A DNA stretch of 51,575 nt, the filler included, from Sphacelaria rigidula (taxonomy: Eukaryota): assembly GCA_964200075.2 (NCBI GenBank). It is 4 parts of 4 records of this genome, joined end to end, with 100 filler letters (N's around TTAATTAATTAA, not from the genome) between each part and the next. Parts side by side here need not be neighbours in the genome. Positions count along the whole stretch, not along the records: positions 38,760 to 51,575 come from CAXNAA020003395.1; 3 more parts are not named here. One strand, given 5' to 3'. A model generated the notes under the pieces. That model saw only the letters and a program-made list of their open reading frames with translations, searched no databases and was not told the DNA's origin. The position numbers and the translations under genes were made by a program. The stretch's first letter is position 1. Each line of letters starts with the position of its first letter. Shown here one piece after another: positions 43,374 to 51,575 of this stretch.

Positions 43374-46300
43374 TATGCTCAGGCCTCTTACCTCGAAATC
43401 TAGTGCAATATGTTTGAACGGCACACCACAATACTAGCAGAAGATTGTGCCCACTTGATCTTATCTATACCGACTCTGTTGGCCAACTATGTTGTACTGT
43501 ACAATGGCGGGGAGCAGGAGTAACACGAGCAGCACGTGACCTGAGAGAGTTTAAAATCAAATTGCCCAACTGCCAAAATACGTACAAATGGCAACCATCA
43601 TCTACTGAGTTACGCGTACTCAACATGTCATGTGAATATATGAAAAACTCTGCGGGACTTCACCCACTGCTACGGTACTGTGAATCTTCTCACTACCGCG
43701 TATCTACTCCACAGCTAGCGGTACCTGGCCATCGAGTACTGAAACGGTTGAGAGTCCCTCCTCCACATGTCGGTGTCCAATGCTGGCAAGAAAGTCCTGT
43801 TCATTGCGGCTACGAGGTAGGAAAAACGTCCCGCAGAAAGTGTCAATATTGTGTCACGGATCCACCCTTGAGTTGAACTGGGCACCCCGCACGGCTTGCA
43901 TTTTGTCCGATTCCACCCTGTCACCACAATCAGTACAGAGCGGTACGAGCTGCTGTACAGCAGCCAGTGCGTTACCTTGCAGATGGTCCATAGTGGTGCA
44001 GATGCCGCTCACGCAATTCATGTGTTGCTCTGCTTCTCCTGAGAGTATCTTTTTGCTTTGCATATCGTTCGATATACTGTACTTCGTTCGATAGGGACAT
44101 GATACGCAATATTACATACTGTGATAGTAACAGTGAAACACTTGCACTGTATACTGACTGTGCAGCCCTTCTGCGCCTCCCTTAGTGTCAAGTTATTGTC
44201 GCCCCCCCCAAGATATTATGCACGGTGGCTATGTGTCACATCCATGGCTACTGTACCTCGTCTGAGAACTCTGGCTCAATCATATCTATCTGAGCGCACA
44301 AACTGACGATTGATATTTCCCACCAGCTCGCTGAGCAGATATTAGAAAATGCGGTACATACACAACGGTCATTTTCCATTCTATAATCCACAATGCGATC
44401 GGTCGCAACTGGCGCTGTACTGTATAAAATATGCTGTCACATACATCACATACAAGTAGGGCATGCTAGCAGCTATCGCTCAAGGCCGAGATTGTGCTGT
44501 TAGCCTCACAAAATGATGAGATTCTTGCTGCTGATGGTTTCGTCCTCGCCCTGACTTTTGGCTCTTCCATCTATGGCATCTGTTTGTCACGTTATAAAAC
44601 CTGGTACATTGGTATTTTTTTTTACTGTACGTACAATAGTACACACCATGCAGTATTACAGTTTTGGGCGGTTTTGTGACGCGAAAAAGATACAAGACTG
44701 TATTTCCACCGAATTTTACATCATTTTCCAGCGAACATGAAGTGCACGCCAGTAAAGATATATGAGGGTGTCGGGGTTCCTCCGTCTCAGGAAGGGTATC
44801 ACGTGAACCGCCATCGTTCGGAGAAGCTGAGCACCCGTGCAGAAGAGGATGGGGTACAGGGTTGTTGAGCACGATTTGCTCATGTAACCCCAACAAGGAA
44901 TTAGCAGGCTTCTGGCGTGAACACAACGCTTGTCACGCAAGCCGCGAGGAGTGCTACAGATCGCGGCTAGCACAGTAGAAACTGGCGCTTGTACAAGGTT
45001 CGCAGAGACCAGACGGACACGCGTAGAAAACTGATCTGAGCATCGGGGCTGGGCGGCGAGAATCGCCCCGTTATGACACCGTACCGCGAGGGTCCCGCAA
45101 CGTGAGCTGGCTGTAATATGAAGGTACAGCTGTCAGGTTGTTGGTGGTGCCGTCGCTTCTCCCGAGCTATTCTGCCGGCAGGGGAGCGTACTGTGGGCAA
45201 GGTGGACTGATGTGGCAAAAAAACAACATTGATGGGTTTACGCACTGCTTTTTTGGGAGCTTTCGGGCATGGAGAGGAGGGACTGCAGGACACACGACCC
45301 AAAGGCTCGGCGCGAGAGGTGAGGTGCAGTCTGTATACCAACTCTGCAGGCTGCACGTGCACATGCTGAAGTTGCGCACTCCGCGCCTACACCCCAAATC
45401 GCCCCAGAGGCGAGACCTCTCATCGTTTAGTATGGAATCGGCTTCCTTAAGGGGAAAAAAGAGATTCAGAGACCGAAATTCGCTCGCTCGCATGCTGTAG
45501 TCACATTGTCTGTAGAACTTCGAGAAAATCGCCAAGCGCAACTGTGGCACACCCCACCACAGCACCCCGTGCTGGCCTCGCCTGTACAACGCTCACAGGC
45601 CCGTATCCAATACCTACACCTGCAGGTTCGACCCTCCGTGTTGCGTGTCCATCCCGCGGGAAGGAGGGGCCGGGGGCACACAGGACGGGGTATTTCCGTG
45701 CTGTCTGCATAGTCTCCCCTACCAGCCCACCGCGGTGTTCATAATAGCACCACGCAGTATGTTATTAAGCCGAACAATAACACGATATCTCAGCGCAGTA
45801 TTGTCATGCCACCTCAATTCCAGCCCCACGACTCACCTCCCCCCCCCCCCCCCCGTGCGCGCCCTGCGATACCTTTTCTGTCTGGACACAACCCAGAAGA
45901 TCACGATAGAAAACACTTCCTGATATAACAGGGTCAAATTACACATGAGATGCAGCGCCACACATCAGCCGCGCATGCCATAGCGGCGCTCACCACTGAT
46001 GCACCGCTCCAGGGTGATTCAAAACACATCCCTACGCACACAAAAGCGACAATTTTGGGTCGAAGGCAACCCGATCGTCACGCTATGTGGTACACTACCG
46101 ACATGCGTCACGACAGACATGCACAACGCACTCGTATGTCCCTCAGAAACCCCAGTTACTCGACGCCACGGCCGTAATCGCCCGTGCGCGTTGCGCCGAC
46201 ACCCCAAAAACAGCGATACCTGCTGCATACCGGAACATGCCTGCTTACCGCACCTTATCAGCGGAACAAAGTGATGTTGAAACCGCGGTTCGGACATTAC

Positions 46301-47149
46301 GGGGCTCAACTCCCCACTCCGTCATGGGCCACCTTGGGTATATTCAGCCTATAGCGGACAGCCCCCACCCCTGCCTCCGCGGTTGCTTCTCGCCCCTTCC
46401 CGCGGAGCTGCTCACCATGGACACGCGCCGAATATTTAGACCCACAAGCGAGATCTGGGCGCCCGAAAAGTGTACTCCCGCACTTTCTGTACTACTGTAC
46501 ACTCCGGTATTCGACGATAAAACTCTCGCATACAACCCTAACTTCTGGCCACTTCCATCTGCCCTATACCCCACAGGTTTGGAAATGCTTTTTGCGAAGG
46601 TATGTGCACACTTGAAGGTGATGCAAAAGGTGGGGGCGGCCAGGGTTAAGAAGAGGAGAGGAGAAGCGCCACCAAATCTTGGTCCGGAGATTTCTGCAGG
46701 GCAGGGCCATCAAAAGGAGGATATTGAGGCAAAACATCTGCGCTCTGGAGAGAAGGACTGGCGAGCATTTGGACGCAGAGACGGTGAGTCCTGATATTCG
46801 AGAATTCTGTAGATTATTTTGCCAACATACAGGTGAACAAGATTCTGTCACATAGCGCAACTGGTTGCGGTTCAAGTGCCGATTGTCCGCAGCGGACACT
46901 CGGTATGTTGTTGGCATGGACGCGACACCCCGGCCGTGAGTAACGGTGTACGTCAATGATCCGACATCTGCTCCGTGGTTTTCACAAGCACAAGTTCATA
47001 ATGAGAAGTTTGTTCCATGGCGCTGCCAACACTATGGGTAGCAGAATGCTCTCGCGAAAGGGCGATCGAGGTAAAATACAACGGGTAACCTCAACTCCCT
47101 GCGCCCCCGCCGCACCGCCACCGGCCGCGCGATCCGCCTGCAGGCGCGT

Positions 47150-49250
47150 CTGGTGTTGCACGAATACTATAGGCGCCTGCACAAGGATATCGAGAAGTTG
47201 CAAGCCCTTAAAGCGGTTCAGGATATCCTCGCTGTCAAACGGACGATGGCTCAATCGCTGCAGGACACCTTCGAACAAACGGGAGGGCTAGGATCTCATG
47301 ATGCACGTTGGGCCGCGCGGAGTGCTGTCGTTACCCCCGATCTACAAGACCGGTTGAAGAAGATGGACAACATCAGTGCAACCGGCCAGGCGGTATCCCC
47401 GCGTTTTCTCTAACGCTGGCTCGTCAGCTGCCCCGACGCTGACGACCCCCACGACAAAGATCGGGAGGCCGTCGAGGTATCGTCAACAACGGTGGCGCGG
47501 TGACTTGAGAAGATCGGATTCAGCCGGCAGGAAGGAGGCCAAGCCGGGGTACCATGTCACGCCGGAACAGAAAGCGCGGGCGCAAATTCCTGATCGTTTT
47601 TCGGAAGCGAAAAGCCAAGAAGCCCCTGAGAAATATGTGAACGCGTCCATCGACGAGTCATGCATCCATGTCGGTCACAGAACGAAAACGTCGATCATCC
47701 CCGACGGGCAAAACACATTGGCGAAAACTGCAGGGCAAGCAAGCGCATCATCACCGAACATAGAATTATGGAGAGCGGCCCTCTGATTTCCCCGGAGCAC
47801 TGCGAATCAATCATTGGCATCCCAAATCCCGAAGGGTGATTTGCTCCTCGCGACGCCACGGAATCGCCAGTTGCCGGCGACGGCGCCGGTGTTGGCGGGA
47901 GTCGGGGTCGGCGAAGCAACGCAAACACCAGCCATGAGACTGGCGATGACGGCAACGGCGAGGATAGCGATACCGGCGGCGGCGATTGGGGGGGCAAAAT
48001 TTTCGGGGCGACCAGCGCAGGTACGGCCGCCGCAAGACAAAGAAAATGAACGCAGTGGCGCTCAGCGGGGGTCGCCGGCGGTCGCGGGGTCACTACCGGC
48101 AGTAAAATACGGCGGCTTCTCACCAGCTGCGAGGACCTTTCTTGGAGCGTTCTCAGGAGCGAAACTAATGAGGGAGAACCACAGTCGGCGGTGGGGGCAT
48201 CGGCGGCGCCACGGGCGATGAGGACTGCGGCGGCGGCGGGGCGCAGCCAGGAGGGGAGAGATCGGCCACCAAAAACACGGCGGGGCGCGGCCGTCGTGTG
48301 AAAGGTGTCGCGGAAGGGGGAGGGGAGTATGCTACGAAACAATGATAACTAAGAGGGGATGCCGAAAGGTGCGCGTGACTCTGCCGGCGGGGCGACGGGC
48401 GGTGGATGCAACCAGCGAAGATCCCGAAAGCACGATAAGCGCAGAGATGTGGGCAAGACGAATATTGCGGGGAGAAGGCAGGAGAGAGACGACGACGCCA
48501 GCCCCGTTTTCCACGGGGATGCTTCACGAAGCTGATGAGCAATCGACGAACTCCGATTACCACAAGAACATGGACGGAGGGATGTTCAAGCAGTGGTTGC
48601 AGAAGCGATTTTTCCGGGTATTCAAGACAATACACCTCGGCAAACAGTTCGTTTTTGTTCTCGACAATTCGACATACCATCATGGCATACTGGAATGTTC
48701 TTGAAATGAGGCCAACGCGGTCAGGCTGCAGGAACGGGGTGTCATTGACGCCATCGACGTGCAGACAGAGTTGAGCATCCGTCGGTTCAACGTTCCGGGT
48801 GAAGGCCAGAAGTGGGCTCAAGCACCCAGCGGGCCGGGCAAGGTGCCGGCGGCTCTTGACACCTACTATGATAGTTCATGAAGATGCTGTCGCTGGAGAA
48901 AGCTCATGAACGAGGACGAAACTCTTCTCCACAAAGCACGACCTCAACTACCAAATCTCAACTCCATTGTACTGTAACGCTCCAGCCCGTCGAGCTATTC
49001 TGAGCGTACAGAAATAACTATAATATGTCGCCCGCATTTTCCAATTGGGCCGGGCGATGGCGCAAGCCCAGGGGCAGCTGCGCAAGGGTTGACGTACGGG
49101 AGGCGCGATGGCGGTGTACTGGAGGGAGTTGCGGATTGTGGGAACCTGGTCCAGCAATGCTTGGGAGCAGTGCAGAGGTACATCGACCGCGACGAGGTTC
49201 TCAGCCATCTACGTGAGCAAGGAGTGCGGCTTTGTGGAGACGAGAGGAGT
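47150..49250 (+). pseudogene. IS630-Tc1-mariner superfamily DDE transposase pseudogene (long D-E spacer, Sailor-like)
   Basis: Motifs in order across stops and frameshifts: HTH-like EVSSTTVAR*LEKIGF (~47475-47522); D1 YVNASIDESCIH (D at 47652); GQ-KRIITEH; DYHKNMDGGMFKQWLQKRFF; D2 FVFVLDNSTYHHG (D at 48663); TPLYC/LQPVELF*A (E at 48992); C-terminal CGNLVQQCLGAVQRYIDRDEVL. Candidate 3' end ...ggcatCTG|TA at 49348-49350. Confidence 0.8.
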
Positions 49251-49581
49251 TCATTAATGAGCGCGGCACCGACATCGTGGTCGACATCAGCTAACGACAT
49301 CTCGGCTCGCATGTAAAAACAAATACGGACCGGGGGGGGGGGCATCTGTAAATTTTTCCTCGTTTCTTTTTTTTTCCCGGTATTTTTGTGAACGTACGAA
49401 CCGTGAGAAACGGTCATGGGGCATACGTTTCCCTTGACGGGATGGGGCGGGACGGGAATCGCCCGGAACGGTCTTTGTTTTCACATGAATACGGGACGGG
49501 ATGGAACGGGGATTTCACGGGATGACATACACTCTCTCTCGTGACAACGAGACAGCAGGGGAACTTTCCGTGAAACGCGAG

Positions 49582-51500
49582 TCGAGCCGGAACGAAGGAG
49601 TACATCGGACGGGAACGACAAGGGTAGATCAAACCGAACCGAGACATGAATCGAACCGGAACAACAGCACGGATCGAACCGAAGTAGAACATAGATTGAC
49701 AGCATGCATTGAAGCGAACCGAAACATGGATCGAACCGGGACAACGGCAAACATTGCACCGAACGAGAACCTGGCTCGAACCGGAACAACAGCATATATT
49801 GAACCGAACCGAACCATAGATCGAACCGGGACGACAGCAAGCATTACGCCGAACCGAATCTTAGATCGAACCGCAACGACAGCGTACATCGCACGGAATC
49901 GAAACGTATATCGAACCGGAACGGCAACATATATTACACCTAACCGAAACTTAGATCGAACCGGAACGAACGCAAACATGACGCCGAACGGAAACATAGA
50001 TCGAACCGGAACGACAGCAAACAATTCACCGAACCGAACCATAGATCGAACCGAAACAACTGTAAAAATTGCACCGAACCAAAACGTAGACGAACGACGG
50101 CAAACATGACACCAAACCGCAACATAAATCGAACCGGAACGACAGCAAACACTAAAGTGCGCCGACACGTATATCAAACCGAAACAACAGCATATATTGA
50201 CGCAAACCGACACATGTATCGAACAAACGTTGCACTGAACCGAAATGTAAATCGAACCGGAACAATCGAGTACATTGAAGCGAACCGAACCGTAGATCGA
50301 ATCGGAACAACAGCAAACACTCGGAACATGAATCCAACCGGAACAACACGATACACTGAAGCGAACCTAACATAAATCGAACCGGAACGACAGCAAACAT
50401 CACACCGAACCCAAACGTAAATCGGACCGGAACGACCGCAAACATCACACCGAACCCGAACAACAGCATGCAATGAAGAGGACCGTAACGTAGATCGAAC
50501 CGGAATGACGGCATACATGGAAGCGAAGCGAAACATAGATGAGCGATGCCGCAATAGCCCCCCCCTCCCCAGAAAAATGGCTGATTCGAAGGGGCATAAT
50601 CTACATGTGAATCAAAATGACAAGAGGTGATAGCACCGAGCAACTGGGAAATCCCACGGTTGGGATCGTTTTCGTCAATGCTGCCAAGATGAGGCGCTTT
50701 ACGCAGTCTATAACCAGCTATCGCGCGCTGTATGATCATCTTTCTCCCTGGCAATCGGGTGGGGGGGGGCTATCGCGGCGTCACTTAGATCGAATCGGAA
50801 CAACATCATTCATTGCACCGAACCGAAACATAGATCGAATCGGAACAACAGCATACATTGCACCGAACGGAAACTTGGATCGAACCGGAACAACAGCATA
50901 CATTGGACCGAACCGAAACTAAAATCGAAATGGAACAACAACAAACCTTGCACCGAACCGAAACGTAAATCGAACCGGAACGACAGCATATATTGAAGCG
51001 AAGCGGAACAACATATATTGAAGCGAACCGAAACGTAAATCGAACCAGAACAACAGCATGCATTGAAGCGAACCGAAACTTGGATCGAACCGGAACGACA
51101 GTAAACATTGCACCGAACGAAAGCGTGGATCGTAGTGGGACCATAACTTGGGTCAAGCTGGAACAACAGCATGTATTGCACCGAACCACATAGATTGCAC
51201 CGAACCGAAACATAGACCAAACCGGAACAGCAACCAACAAACATTGAAGCGAACCGAACCGTACATCAAACCGGAACGACAGTGAACATTGTATTGAACC
51301 AAAACATATATCGAACCAGAACAACAATATACCTTGAACCGAACCAAAACATATATCGGATCGGAACAACGGCATACGTTCAAGCGAATCGAAACATTGA
51401 TCGAGCAGGAACAACCTCATACATTGAAGTGAACCGGAACATGAATTGAATCGAAACGACAGCATACTCGAACCGGGTCGAAATGTACATGTAGAACCAA
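49582..51500. repeat. 45-bp tandem array (consensus GATCGAACCGGAACRACAGCATACATTGCACCGAACCGAAACATA), roughly 35 degenerate units
   Basis: TCGAACCG recurs at 49731, 49776, 49821, 49866, 49911, 49956, 50001 and 50046 (exact 45-bp period), then continues with indels to ~51500. Interrupted by an insertion at 50541-50786. Confidence 0.92.
50541..50786. mobile_element. MITE inserted in the 45-bp array, imperfect TIRs, 4-bp TSD AGAT (Sola2-like)
   Basis: Left end GAGCGATGCCGCAATAGCCCCCCC; right end GGGGGGGGCTATCGCGGCGTCACTT. AGAT occurs at 50537-50540 and 50787-50790. Removing the element and one AGAT restores the array unit aaacatagatcgaa. Confidence 0.8.
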
Positions 51501-51511
51501 AACATCATACC

Positions 51512-51575
51512 TTAACCCTTTTGGGACTGGGCCTCCAGAACGACCAATGAGACTGGTTAGGAATGACGTGTCCTG
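51512..51575. mobile_element. Possible piggyBac-like element terminus (TTAA + CCCTTT...), truncated by the window/contig end
   Basis: The array stops abruptly before TTAA|CCCTTTTGGGACTG. Only one end is visible. Confidence 0.3.

Noticed and set aside
49501..51465. Repeat-protein genes (ORFs on both strands of the 45-bp array)
   Set aside because: Open frames follow from the unit length being a multiple of 3; frames are broken by indels and a MITE, and substitutions are not obviously synonymous-biased.
44700..51575. Fanzor/TnpB or other RNA-guided nuclease beside the mariner-type transposase
   Set aside because: No RuvC motifs (D..G, E.L, CxxC...D) were recognisable in any frame by eye; a profile search would be needed to exclude a highly decayed copy.

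Overview
Eukaryotic, intron-rich (GT-AG) genomic DNA, most likely from a brown alga or other stramenopile (inferred from intron style, composition and repeat types; not verified). The window is not one locus. Three artificial 100-nt spacers (N44-TTAATTAATTAA-N44) split it into four segments of 12821, 12820, 12818 and 12816 bp, i.e. unplaced contigs concatenated in order of length. Every gene is therefore cut by a contig end, and adjacency across spacers means nothing. Spliced models were built by hand with consistent intron phases. Segment 1: TIMELESS/Tof1 (13 exons, 5'-partial, +) and mitochondrial-type chaperonin-10 (5'-partial, -). Segment 2: UBC13/UBE2N (5'-partial, -), a decayed Gln-rich ORF, MITEs, a long intronic hairpin and a structured ~210-nt element. 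Segment 3: a divergent USP10/Ubp3-like deubiquitinase with four 23-aa-spaced IQ-like motifs (partial at both ends, +) and a palindromic higher-order minisatellite. Segment 4: the 5' part of condensin II subunit CAP-D3 (-), then a TE cluster with an IS630-Tc1-mariner (Sailor-like) transposase pseudogene, a ~1.9-kb 45-bp tandem array interrupted by a MITE, and a piggyBac-like end. A tRNA-derived SINE occurs in three of the four contigs. No CRISPR array, Fanzor/TnpB or intact autonomous element was seen.
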